A stretch of 64,000 nucleotides of DNA, from the IMG/VR virus record IMGVR_UViG_3300010355_000898, positions 64,001 through 128,000 of that record; one strand, 5' to 3'. This DNA comes from a virus. Lineage: Duplodnaviria; Caudoviricetes. The notes under the pieces were generated by a model, which saw only the letters and a program-made list of their open reading frames with translations, ran no database searches and was not told the DNA's origin. Below, one piece after another: positions 63,978-64,000 of the stretch (positions are counted from its first letter, which is position 1; each line of letters starts with the position of its first letter). Both the position numbers and the translations under genes were made by a program.

Positions 63978-64000
63978 GTTCTGATGGTATCAAAATGGGA

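Overview
Gene-dense, AT-rich 64 kb segment that reads as part of a large (jumbo/T4-superfamily-like) bacteriophage genome in the standard genetic code. No tRNA, rRNA, CRISPR array, integrase or transposase is supported. 1-37.2 kb is entirely + strand: putative virion/late proteins, lysis-like membrane genes, SOD-like, nitrilase-like, NUDIX, PolX, Rnl2, MnmA, RtcB, kinase, flap nuclease, lysozyme-like, AAA, GroEL, IF-1 and three tandem R-S-E ADP-ribosyltransferases. 37.3-52.6 kb is almost entirely - strand and dominated by two arrays of 40-95 aa paralogous miniproteins, several of them frameshifted. The arrays are separated by a GC-rich non-coding island with interleaved 20-bp inverted repeats. 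52.7-64 kb is mixed-strand and more GC-rich (MoxR/VWA, RadA-like, DNA ligase). Non-coding signals read from the sequence: (i) a promoter class GTGAAH-N17-(TGn)TAnnnT, mostly 6 nt before the start codon (leaderless); (ii) a late-type TA(G/T/A)TTA motif; (iii) a CpG-dense TCGCG-N8-CGCGA element in 3 copies within a CpG/TpA-poor genome; (iv) a 32-bp repeat at miniprotein gene junctions. All function calls come from motif recognition by eye; no database search was run.
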